Origin: a virus
Length of the DNA: 64,000 bases
Virus record (IMG/VR): IMGVR_UViG_3300027736_000020
Location: 32,001 to 96,000 of that record
Strand: one strand, 5' to 3'
Under the pieces are notes generated by a model. That model saw nothing but the letters and a program-made list of their open reading frames with translations, was not told the origin of the DNA and did not search any database. The translations under genes were made by a program, and so were the position numbers. Below are positions 47,500-57,400 of this stretch, piece by piece; positions within the stretch are counted from its first letter, which is position 1, and each line of letters opens with the position of its first letter.

Positions 47500-49449
47500 T
47501 TATACAATTTCTTCATTATTATTTGCCTTGAATTCATACTCATCAACGACACTATTGTCATATTGAATTTCTGCAACAACGGTGGTTTCTTCTTCTGGGC
47601 TTGAGGCTGTTTCGTCTGAAACAGTAGCGGGAGATGTCATGTACAAGTCAGCAAGCAAGGATTCTGCAGATGGAAGTGTAGTGACAAGACTTGTTCCGGC
47701 GATGGGAAGCCCTTCCCATGCCATACCCGGATCTGTTGTGATATCCTGAGACAATCCAGTCAAGGCATATGGAATTTTTGATCCTCTTGAAACCTTTACT
47801 GAAGTTTGAAAAGCTACTGATGGATGAAAAGTCCATGAATGGGAAACTGTCTCAACGTAATACATTTCATAGTCATCTTTTGTTGAACGCGCTTCGGCAT
47901 TTTTTCCTGCATCAGGCACAATGAATAATTCTTGACCAATGCGTATGTATGGATTTCCAATCATGGAAATCTCTCCTGCAAAGATGTTATGCTGCTGCGT
48001 AAACACATCATACATCCATTGATTTATATTATCAAGTATTCTTGTTATGGTATTTTTTTCGTCAATTTTTTCTGAATCTTTATAGAATCCTTGATTCCAA
48101 AATGGAACTGCAACAATCATTGGCTTGAATCCAAATCTTGACATCCCAAGAACATCATAGAGAGGATTAAACGCATCATTTCCATTGTTTAATGAACAAT
48201 TCAACAAACCGTAATTATCAGGGCCACTGGCATTTGTGAATTGAGGAGAACTACGGCAATCGAATTTTTTGCTTTCAGTTGGAAATTGACTTCCCGAAGA
48301 TGGATTTTCTTCAACAGCGTAATCCCTCCATTTTGTAAAGAAAAAAGTTCTTGTGTCATTGTCATGACGAACCAGTATTTTTGAGAGTATTTCATTCCTT
48401 CCAATGAATGCTCTGTTTCCTGCTTCAACAAATTTTGTCTCATTAAAAAATTTTGCATTGCTAGAATCTAAAGGGATGCTATTTGATGCTTCCACGTTGA
48501 CATTGTTTTCTGAAAGAGAGTCCGCAATGAATCTTCCTTTTGGTGGATAAATACCCCATTTGTTTCTGAATGGTGCCCATCGTAAATGAAAAAATGTTTT
48601 TCCCCTGTATTTTTCCGCAACGGTTGGATCATTCTTGTCGTAGTCAACGACAAGAAACTCAAACATGGGAGCGGGTATGAATGCGGATAACCATGTCCAG
48701 AGTGATCCTTGTGCTTGCAGAATGGTATATTGAGAATTTATTATGTATTCTTCTTGTCCGTCACTCATGGGAATGTTTATTTCGTATTGAATATCTCCAG
48801 CGGAAATTAATTGATTGATTGCATCAAATCCAAGAAATTTATCTGTCAAAACTTCTTTGAACATTTTACTCATAAACTCTGTATACCCAACAAGCGCTTT
48901 GACTGTCCCCTTTGTGTTAGACATTGACACGGGTGTCACAGTGGCATTTTCTGTTGATCGTATGATTGATTGAACACCAACATTTATGAACATTCTTTGT
49001 CTTGCCCTTGAAATCTCATTGATAAATTCAACGGGAGGAACAATGTTCTTTTCAGTAAATATTTTTCCAAAATCTCTTCCAGAGATTGTCACGGATCGCA
49101 CTGGAGATCCTCTTTGAATTGTTTCCGTAACTCTTACGGCATCAACAAGACCTCGCATGATTACGGGAGGATCTTTGATATCATCCCTGATTACGCCTAC
49201 TCGGATTTCACAAAGGTCATTGATATTGATGTCTCCAAGATTCACTACCGTGCCATTGAGAATCGAAGGACGCAGTTCAATCTCCCATTGCCCTGCAGGA
49301 TCAGCAACGGATTTTGTCGTTTTGCCTCGAAGAACAAATTCGGAAACATCATATTTGCCAATCGTGATGCGTTGAGATATTGTTCGAACCTTTTTGGAAG
49401 AATCAAATGAAGAGACTTCTTCTGTGGGACTCTTTCGAAAAGAAATCAT
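47500..49449 (-). CDS. Baseplate hub protein (gp27 / late control D-like)
   Basis: Follows the tape measure; KTTKSVADPAGQWEIEL...MRGLVDAV...SGRDFGK and GEISMIGNPYIRIGQEL...YYVETVSHSW...TSVKVSRG. Confidence 0.82.
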   Translation of the reverse strand: MISFRKSPTEEVSSFDSSKKVRTISQRITIGKYDVSEFVLRGKTTKSVADPAGQWEIELRPSILNGTVVNLGDININDLCEIRVGVIRDDIKDPPVIMRGLVDAVRVTETIQRGSPVRSVTISGRDFGKIFTEKNIVPPVEFINEISRARQRMFINVGVQSIIRSTENATVTPVSMSNTKGTVKALVGYTEFMSKMFKEVLTDKFLGFDAINQLISAGDIQYEINIPMSDGQEEYIINSQYTILQAQGSLWTWLSAFIPAPMFEFLVVDYDKNDPTVAEKYRGKTFFHLRWAPFRNKWGIYPPKGRFIADSLSENNVNVEASNSIPLDSSNAKFFNETKFVEAGNRAFIGRNEILSKILVRHDNDTRTFFFTKWRDYAVEENPSSGSQFPTESKKFDCRSSPQFTNASGPDNYGLLNCSLNNGNDAFNPLYDVLGMSRFGFKPMIVAVPFWNQGFYKDSEKIDEKNTITRILDNINQWMYDVFTQQHNIFAGEISMIGNPYIRIGQELFIVPDAGKNAEARSTKDDYEMYYVETVSHSWTFHPSVAFQTSVKVSRGSKIPYALTGLSQDITTDPGMAWEGLPIAGTSLVTTLPSAESLLADLYMTSPATVSDETASSPEEETTVVAEIQYDNSVVDEYEFKANNNEEIV

Positions 49450-52400
49450 GTGGCTCTCACAATCTGCTTTGATGGATTCAATATTGCATAGTGACTGATT
49501 GCGGCCATGAGATCAACCTCAGTGCTTCCAAGAGAATCACCAGAGGAATTGACAAACTCTATGGTCATCTTGTGAGAGATGGATTGCTGTGACTGTCCTC
49601 TGTCATTGTTGAGACTATTCAAGAAATCATTGGGAAGTATGCGTCCGTTTCCACCCGGCACATAGACTTCCGGACCTTTCTCTCCAACAATGACAGGAGA
49701 GCGGCCAAGGACTTCTCCTCCAGCCGCTTTTTGAGCTAAATCTGAAATGACGTACAGATCATCTTTTGTCACAGAAGTGCCAGTGAAGTCTCTTGGCTTG
49801 CCACCTTCAAGCGTATATGCTTCTCGTACTCTGTCAAGCCAATCAAGTGTTGATTCTGGATTCTCATCGCTGAATCCCGGTGTACCCGACTTTGCGTATG
49901 ATCCATGCCAAAGAAGCAGCGTCTTGTCAATGGCATCGAACGACCGTTGTTTTCCGGAAATCATGCCTTGATTGTAGACAGTTGATCTGATAAGTTGTTC
50001 GTTTCCGTTTTCATCATAGGTGACTTTGTCAAACATGTTGATTTTTTCTGCAATCATTTTGCCTGCAATATCGGCACTGAAAACTGGATTATGGAATGGA
50101 TTCCGATCTTCCTTGGATTTGGAAGGCGCAAGAATTTGAAATAATCCAGTAGCTGATGAGACTGGATTTTCTGCATTGACATCAAAATGACTTTCTTCTT
50201 TCATGAGAGCAAACAGCAAGCGAGGGTCAACAGTGCCGGGGCCATATTTCCCTGAAGCGGCTGATGCTTGCATTGCGCGTTCCTTGAAGAACTCTATGCC
50301 TTCCGGATGACGATTGACAAAATCCACCTCATTGCTCTGCAATGGAACTTTGCTCATGCTATCCTTGAGATCTTTTGCGCTCACTACATAGGAATCGTAT
50401 TGAGGAATAAACGGATGTTCCTGATCAAGCGTGGAAGTCATGCCCCAAGAATTATCCTTTGAGACAAGTGCCTCGCCTGTTTGCATGGATGCCCGCATGC
50501 CTCGATACACAGGTCCACCAAAAGCACGTGCTTCTATGGGCTGAGCAATCATTGCTGTCCTTGCCTGAGGGATCGCGCCTGTATCGAATGCTCTTGCTCC
50601 TCCTGTTATCGCTGCATTTGCAATATCAGTAATCGCTTTTGTAGGTGCGACAATATTTCCTATGACTGCAGATCCAGCATCTGTTATTCCTTTTCCTAAA
50701 ATAATTGGACCTGTAATTGCAGTATTGACTGCAGCTCCTGCAAGCGAAGCAATAGGTTTGTCAATTGGCTGACCGAGCGAGATTGCTGTATATAATTTTG
50801 CAATTGCAGAAGAAAGACTATCTGCTCCAGTTTGAAAAGTGCTTGTAATGCTTGTTATGGCGGATCCAAGCATTTCATTTGCTCTTGTCAATTCTCCGCC
50901 TTCAACCATTGGAGACGTAAGCTGGTTTTTCCCTACCCTATCGGAAAAAATCTCTTGATCAGCCCCCGTTCGTTGATTGCCAGATGGATCAATTACTCTG
51001 CTTCGAATAAATTCATGAATTTTTCCGGCTTGCGCTTGTCGAATCGTATCTTCGTCTTGTCCCGCTTTCACTCCTGCGGAGCGAACATCTCCGAGTTGTG
51101 TGATTAATTCATCCTGAACTTTTTGATTCTTGAATATTCCTTGATTGTTTACCCATCCTGCCAATTCTTCGTCAAACGCTTTGCCTTCATTTGAAGAACT
51201 CAATATGGGAATAAGGGATTTCTGAAGCTGCATTCCCTTTTCTCTTTGTTCTTGCGTATTGGTATCGTTACTTTCAAAAACGCGGGTAAATTGATTCGGA
51301 TTATTATTGAGCGTTCTTTGCCTCGCTCTCTGCGCTTCAGGACTGTTGGTAGCCGCCCTTGCCTTGAGTATCTGCTCTACTCCTGCCGCTCCTGTCTCCA
51401 CTCCCATCTGTTGGGCAACAATACCGTAAACCATGTCATTTTCAAGACTGTCATCAATGATTCCCTTATCATCCTTGCCTGTAAATGATTTCACCATGGT
51501 TGCAATCATTTCATTTCGAAGGTTTGGATCTCCTCCTCGTAATGCACGATTGATTGACATGGGAGAAGTTGGTGCAGAATACGTTTTTTGTTGATCAATA
51601 AGTTTGGATTGTCGAGCTTCCAATTCTTCTTTTGCCGCTTGATCTTCTGCGCTGTTACTAAATTTAGTACCTTGCAATTGTTTTTCAACAGATTCCAATT
51701 CGCTATTTGTACGCTGAAGTAATCCTTGACGTGCTGAATCATATCCAGCAACCATCATCCCCGGAAGTTGTGTTGACCCTATGGCTCCACGAGACACAAG
51801 CGAAGCGTCAAATTTCTGGATTGCTTGTGTGCCAAAACCAATCATTGAGGCATCTCGTTGATTATTAAGCTGACCCATTCCCTGTGAAGCTTGGAATATT
51901 GACGTTTGTGTATCGATTGCATTTCCAATGGAAATATTGCGTCCACCTGATGCCACTTGACCAAGCGCACTGCTTGCTGCATTTTGCAGTGCTTGATCGC
52001 GAAGGGCACCAAATTGACCTTGGCCAATCGCTGCACCAAAATTCCTGTTGAAGCCTATCTCAGTGGCTCCATATCCCTGCCCTCTGCCAAATGTTCCAAC
52101 CAAACCTGAACCACGAAGAGCGTCAACAACTTGACCGTATTGGTTCAAGTTCATTCCAGTCATTCGCGCAGAAGCAATGGTGTCTCCTGCGGAAACTTGA
52201 GAACGAACAACTCTTGTTGATGCACTTATCGAATCAGTAAATCCTTGCAATTCGCGCATGGAAGAAGTCATGAATCGCGTATGTTCAGCAACACTGGTTC
52301 CCAAACCAGTGGATACTTGCTGCACCTTGGTCCTGAAATCAGTCAAGGACATGCCTATATCACGAATTTGCCTGCTGAATTGTCCAAGTTCGTAGTCATT

Positions 52401-52580
52401 ACCCTTTGAGTTAATGACTCCTTCACGAACTTGTCTTTCAAGCCCTTCTGGGGTAAGACCTGCAGTTGTTGCTTGCCATGATCCAAAAACAGAAGCACTG
52501 GAGAGCCCAGCTCCCAGCACTCCCTTCATGACCCCTGTACCCAAGCTTCCTAGATACGGTAAAAGACTCGGTCCGCCCAT
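49446..52580 (-). CDS. Tape measure protein with C-terminal lytic transglycosylase (SLT-like) domain
   Basis: Follows the chaperone ORFs; helical, Gly/Ala/Gln-rich; VDPRLLFALMKEESHFDVNAENPVSSATGLFQI; AAGGEV...VGEKGPEVYVP. Confidence 0.9.
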   Translation of the reverse strand: MGGPSLLPYLGSLGTGVMKGVLGAGLSSASVFGSWQATTAGLTPEGLERQVREGVINSKGNDYELGQFSRQIRDIGMSLTDFRTKVQQVSTGLGTSVAEHTRFMTSSMRELQGFTDSISASTRVVRSQVSAGDTIASARMTGMNLNQYGQVVDALRGSGLVGTFGRGQGYGATEIGFNRNFGAAIGQGQFGALRDQALQNAASSALGQVASGGRNISIGNAIDTQTSIFQASQGMGQLNNQRDASMIGFGTQAIQKFDASLVSRGAIGSTQLPGMMVAGYDSARQGLLQRTNSELESVEKQLQGTKFSNSAEDQAAKEELEARQSKLIDQQKTYSAPTSPMSINRALRGGDPNLRNEMIATMVKSFTGKDDKGIIDDSLENDMVYGIVAQQMGVETGAAGVEQILKARAATNSPEAQRARQRTLNNNPNQFTRVFESNDTNTQEQREKGMQLQKSLIPILSSSNEGKAFDEELAGWVNNQGIFKNQKVQDELITQLGDVRSAGVKAGQDEDTIRQAQAGKIHEFIRSRVIDPSGNQRTGADQEIFSDRVGKNQLTSPMVEGGELTRANEMLGSAITSITSTFQTGADSLSSAIAKLYTAISLGQPIDKPIASLAGAAVNTAITGPIILGKGITDAGSAVIGNIVAPTKAITDIANAAITGGARAFDTGAIPQARTAMIAQPIEARAFGGPVYRGMRASMQTGEALVSKDNSWGMTSTLDQEHPFIPQYDSYVVSAKDLKDSMSKVPLQSNEVDFVNRHPEGIEFFKERAMQASAASGKYGPGTVDPRLLFALMKEESHFDVNAENPVSSATGLFQILAPSKSKEDRNPFHNPVFSADIAGKMIAEKINMFDKVTYDENGNEQLIRSTVYNQGMISGKQRSFDAIDKTLLLWHGSYAKSGTPGFSDENPESTLDWLDRVREAYTLEGGKPRDFTGTSVTKDDLYVISDLAQKAAGGEVLGRSPVIVGEKGPEVYVPGGNGRILPNDFLNSLNNDRGQSQQSISHKMTIEFVNSSGDSLGSTEVDLMAAISHYAILNPSKQIVRAT

Positions 52581-52586
52581 GTTTTT

Positions 52587-53141
52587 CTAGCCTTCGTCGG
52601 TTTTTTCTTCTTCTTCCTTGACCCACTTCCAGAAGTCTTCATCATCAAGACCGAATTCGCTTTCCTCGTTCTTTACCATGCCTCCTTGTGATTTTCGTAT
52701 TGGTGTCTTGAGATGTGGAGGGATGTTTGGATTTATACTTTCTTCTGGAACAGAAAGTTCCTCTGAATCTTCTTCTTCAAATTCTTCTTGATTTCTTCTC
52801 TTTCCACTCTTCAGATCCGAATTGCTTACGGTGTTTGAATCAGTATACTGAAATCCATTCGGAGCAGGAAGAGCGCCTCCAAATTGTTTCAATAATATGA
52901 ACGATGGCATATTGAATTTTATATCTTTGTTTTTAAAATCACGTAATCCATATTGAATTTCATGATAATATTGTCTTCGGTAAAAATCCCTCATTGCCTC
53001 CTCTTCAGAAACTTGGGTAAACCGAGGATCATTTATTGAAAAATTGTATTGAATTCTATACCACTCAAGGATGTCCGAAGATAGAACATCAAGAAGTGCT
53101 TGTTTCTTGATGAATTCCTCACTTGCTGGGTCTGGAAACTC
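52587..53141 (-). CDS. Tail assembly chaperone, second (frameshift) frame
   Basis: +1 frame relative to 53119..53550; no convincing independent start; lies directly before the tape measure gene. Confidence 0.75.
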   Translation of the reverse strand, partial: EFPDPASEEFIKKQALLDVLSSDILEWYRIQYNFSINDPRFTQVSEEEAMRDFYRRQYYHEIQYGLRDFKNKDIKFNMPSFILLKQFGGALPAPNGFQYTDSNTVSNSDLKSGKRRNQEEFEEEDSEELSVPEESINPNIPPHLKTPIRKSQGGMVKNEESEFGLDDEDFWKWVKEEEEKTDEG

Positions 53142-53550
53142 GAAAAGATCCCCTCCATGATTCCCACTCACGATAATAATGAGAAAGATCATCAAATTCG
53201 TAAATGTTTTCCAAGAACTTGTCAATATTTCCATTACAATACGCAGGAAGATATCCCGGAGCTTGTGTAACCATCTGAAGCATGATAGACATCCATGTCA
53301 TTTCATAAGTGCGTTGATCAACGGTGGATCCTTGCAACGCCAAAGCAACCGCTTTTCCTGCGGTTCTTTGAAGATTGAGATGTCCCCTGACCACACCAAT
53401 TGTTCCACATGGGCCGTCAATCTCGTGACACTTTGAAGGATCGTATGACACAGAGTCTTTTGTATACGCAGGCTTCGGAGGTTCTGATGCCTTTGCAATG
53501 ACAGCCGTAATGCTTTCCTTTTCAACGATGGATGTTGTTTCTTCGCTCAA
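53119..53550 (-). CDS. Tail assembly chaperone (G-like)
   Basis: Between tube and tape measure genes; SD AAGGAG places the start at TTG 53550 rather than ATG 53574. Confidence 0.78.
   Translation of the reverse strand: MSEETTSIVEKESITAVIAKASEPPKPAYTKDSVSYDPSKCHEIDGPCGTIGVVRGHLNLQRTAGKAVALALQGSTVDQRTYEMTWMSIMLQMVTQAPGYLPAYCNGNIDKFLENIYEFDDLSHYYREWESWRGSFRVSRPSK
53140..53154 (-). promoter_or_regulatory. Putative programmed +1 ribosomal frameshift site AGG GGA UCU UUU CGA
   Basis: SD-like AGGGGA, a 3-nt spacer, UUU followed by C (Phe tRNA can re-pair to UUC), then a CGA codon; same layout as prfB AGG GGG UAU CUU UGA. Confidence 0.72.
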
Positions 53551-53586
53551 TGTATTTCTCCTTGTGAAATGCATGCTCAGTATAAC

Positions 53587-53620
53587 ATAAAAACCACCCG
53601 TAAATCCGAGTGGTTTTTAT
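53587..53620 (-). terminator. Intrinsic terminator after tail tube gene
   Basis: Perfect 11-bp inverted repeat ATAAAAACCAC...GTGGTTTTTAT with U tails on both strands. Confidence 0.75.
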
Positions 53621-53643
53621 TTGCGTTTGCCACAAGAAAACTT

Positions 53644-54408
53644 CTATCCTCTGGAATACAAAGAGCTTTCCGCAGAATCCTTGTCTCTTGCATAAAATGT
53701 CACATTGTGCATGAGCACACGATTCGCATCAATGTTGAGATCTCCACCAGCAAAGAAACAATCCTTGTACTTGACAATGGTTCTTGGCCATCTGTTGACA
53801 GCCGGTGTGGAACCCGCTGCATCGACGTGAGAGACTGTTCCTCCTGCAGCGTTCTTAGTGGCTTCGTTACCAGTGTACAGCTGGGCATCCTTGACCTCTA
53901 TATCAAAAACCTTGGAATGGATCACTCTCCAGACTTGAGAAAAGTCTTTGGTTGCGTCCGGACCATTGATTACGTTTCTTGCGCTATTATCTGATGTGGG
54001 GAGCAAATCAAGATTGTCCGCCGCTGTGTCGGTACTAGATCCATATGGCTGAGCCTGCTTATTGTACATTGCGGCACCCGGATCCATTTCCATGTATCCA
54101 TCACCCAATGCATCCCTGCCTCCCCCTGACTTCAGCAGGCCAAAGGATCCAGCTCCCGTAGGCTCAAGTCCCAGCTTTGAAAGACTGATGTTGCGCAACA
54201 CAAGAACAGAAATGGTAATTTCGTGTCGTGCATGCATGGGAACATATTCAATGGTCTGGAGTTGACCAATCACGTTGACGGGTTCAAGTCCATAATCGTC
54301 ACGGAAACGTGCGGATTGTGCAAAGGCAATGGGAAAACCATCCATGTAGATGACGACCTTTCCTCCTGTCCGTACGCCTGTATTCCAAAGCTTCGCTGTT
54401 GTTGTCAT
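53644..54408 (-). CDS. Tail tube protein
   Basis: Directly after the sheath; TGGKVVIYMDGFPIAFAQS...DDYGLEPVNVIGQLQTIEYVP...IVKYKDCFF. Confidence 0.88.
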   Translation of the reverse strand: MTTTAKLWNTGVRTGGKVVIYMDGFPIAFAQSARFRDDYGLEPVNVIGQLQTIEYVPMHARHEITISVLVLRNISLSKLGLEPTGAGSFGLLKSGGGRDALGDGYMEMDPGAAMYNKQAQPYGSSTDTAADNLDLLPTSDNSARNVINGPDATKDFSQVWRVIHSKVFDIEVKDAQLYTGNEATKNAAGGTVSHVDAAGSTPAVNRWPRTIVKYKDCFFAGGDLNIDANRVLMHNVTFYARDKDSAESSLYSRG

Positions 54409-54427
54409 GTCATTTTCTTCCTTTTCT

Positions 54428-57400
54428 TTACAAGATATGTGCGGTGATAAGCAGGTAATTTGCGGGAATTGCCGGACTTATGGAGAAGTCCACATAGATT
54501 GCATCACCAACGGTGCGCACATCAAGATCTTTGTACGCCGGATTGAATGCATTTCCCACAATCAGTCCTGCGCTATCTGCATAGATAAGAGTCGTATTGA
54601 CCCTTCTTGTAATCTCCTGAATGAGCGCTCCATCCAATCTCGACCCAACAAGATCTCGTACGGAATTCCTGACTCGTTTCATGACAATATCTGCACAACG
54701 CATCGTGCTGATTTCGCGTCTGACATAACGTGTATCACCGGTCCATGTCGTCAATGACTGGGCAACGACAAATCCGCGAGAAGCCTCATATTTTATTGCA
54801 AGAACTCCATTGGCCGCAAGATCGTCAATATCGGACGGTTTGGCAATTGTTTCCAAAGCCAACAGGTTGACAGTCTTGTTTGTAAGCGGAATTGATGGAT
54901 CCCTCTGCGCATAGAGAAGTCCGGCAATATATGGGGCAAGATAAACAGGAGACCATGTAATAAGGTTTCCATCTTCGTCATAATCCTTGATTCCCGGCCA
55001 GACAACAACGGCTCGTTTGTCATTGAATGAAGAGGCAAGCGTCTTGACATCTGTAACGCTCTGCCCTGAAGGACCACCAAAGACCGCAAAGCGTTCCTTC
55101 TTTCCAGTTGGAAGCGCCATGTTCTTGCAATGCTCAAGCACTGCAGACTGAATGACCGAGTTAGCGGTCATTGGACAGATAACTTCGACTGTTTCTGCGC
55201 TTTCCAGTTGCGTCAATGCATAGTCCCAGTGATAGGCAGTAACGGCACTCTGTACCGCACCAGAAAATCCATATGATCCGTTGGCGATGGATGATGCAGT
55301 GCCTGTTTTCACAACAGAGAAATGCGGAGAGTACACATCACCGAGGAGTGTCTGATAAATGCGATAGATGTTTCCCCGTAGAATAGTATTCGCAGTAGAG
55401 GAAGCCACAGCAATGGCAGAAGAACTTGGAACTGTTGTTTCAGCAAGAATGTCAAGATTTGTCGAAGAAAATCCAGCGTCTGTATTGCCAGATGCAAGAG
55501 ACAATTTCCAGCCAGTTCCGTTTGCAATATAGCCTTGATTTACTTTTTGAATGATTGAAGAAAGCTGAGGATATTTTGCCCACGTCAACTGGTCTGTTGT
55601 ATTATCAAGTCTGAAGTTTGACCCGGAAATGTCTGTGGGAACACTTGTGTAAGTAACCGTTCCTGTTCCCTTTCCTCCGGCAGCTGATGCGGTAAAACTA
55701 GTGCCTACTGCGTTAGGTGTTGTTCCGGAAGAACCCAACAGTCTGAAATCTGTTGCAAATGCGGTAGTGAATGTTACCTTGTCTGTAACCGCAGCAATGG
55801 GAGCAACAGGCGCAGTCGGAACTCCATATCCTGTTTGTCCAGCAACAGTGACAGTGATCGTGTACGCTGTACCGTTATCTGACACCGATGCAATGACAGG
55901 ATTTAGACCGAGGGAAGAAACAGGAGTTGCCGTTCCTGCCGTAGCAACTGCTGCGACAGTACTGGTATTTGCAATAGTAAACGATGTTCCTGAAATGCTT
56001 GTATTGACTACATGCGTACCGTTATACTCAGTAGGACTAAGACCAGCTAACTTTACCAACGTTCCCGGAGGAAACTGATATCCTGCACCATGAGTAACAG
56101 TCCAAATCGTTCCGTTTGTCGTAATTGCCCCTGTAGCAACAGTTGCAGGAGTGGTTGCTGCTACAGTTATGACAGAAGTCGGATTGATTATTCCATTGGA
56201 AACCAATGCGCCAGTAAGAGCATACGTCCATCCATAGGCTATGGAATACTGGCAGGATGCAATGGTGCCCGTTGAGTCTGTAAGAAGAGTCTGTGCATCT
56301 GTGACGCTGACAATTTTCGCAACAGTTGAAAAAGCTACCATTGTTGTTGAGACAACGGTCTGGCTTGTTGCAGCACCGTTTACTTGCACGGTGTAGGTGC
56401 CAACACCAGTTGTGCCTGTTCCCAATGCGCTGATTTTTGTTCCGGGAAGGACTCCAGTTCCGCCAATCGCCACATTGACGCCAAGAGTAGCTGTTGCAGC
56501 GGTGACGGTCAATGTTGTTCCAGAAATTGATCCAGTAAATACACCCCCATCTCCAAAGGTAATTGTTCCTTCGGTCATGATTCCAGAAAATCCAGTTCCT
56601 GTTACCGTATATCCAGCTCGCGATACAGTATTCACTGCTGTCGCAGGAATCACGCTTGTTCCTGCGGTGACTGTTCCAACGGTCATCGCTGAGTTGGCAT
56701 TTAATGCATTGCTGGTTAATGTTGCTGTTTTGACAACGTTAGCGGGAGCGGTGTTTTGCGAGATTGTGTAGTATCTTCCCTGTACAAGATTCCCTGCGGT
56801 TACCGTAGATGTCTCTGAAGGATTTCCCGATGTTGCTGTCAGCTCAATTCCTGTTCCTGTTATTCTTACCTTGGGAATAATCGATGCAAGGTTTGCCGCT
56901 GCATTGACATTACTAGCGCCATCATTGTTGATATACTCAACCTTGAGCAAATCCAATCCGACATTATCCGTGACAAAAGTCGCACCTCCATCACGAGTCA
57001 ATGTGATTTTCTTGTATCCGGTTTTTCCATTGGAGGCATTTGCAAGTGACAATAGCCAAGAATTTCCGTAGTAGCCATATTCCTTCGCTGTCAAGGTAAA
57101 AGGGGAAAATGAAGTGGTTGCTTGCGAAGCAGTCGCAGCAATTGACGAACCTGCTGCAGTGGTTGTGGTAATAGGACTTCCGATTCGTACGGCAATGACT
57201 CTTGGAGCGCCAGCATTGAACGCCTTCCTGAGACCAAAAACCAAAGGATTGGTTACGGGATCTGGGTCTCCATAATAGGCAAGTGCGGTATTGTAATTGC
57301 TGAAAGCCAACGGCTTGCCGGGTTCTCCTCGCACAGCTTCACCCATGATGACCATCTCTGGTCCAGTGCTTGGCGCTGCTGCGAATGATGCATTATTGTC

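Noticed and set aside
53142-53234. Hydrophobic N-terminus (MEILTSSWKTFTNLMIFLIIIV) as a membrane anchor of the second chaperone ORF
   Set aside because: It overlaps the first chaperone ORF out of frame, has no SD, and lies upstream of the proposed slip site, so it is probably not translated.
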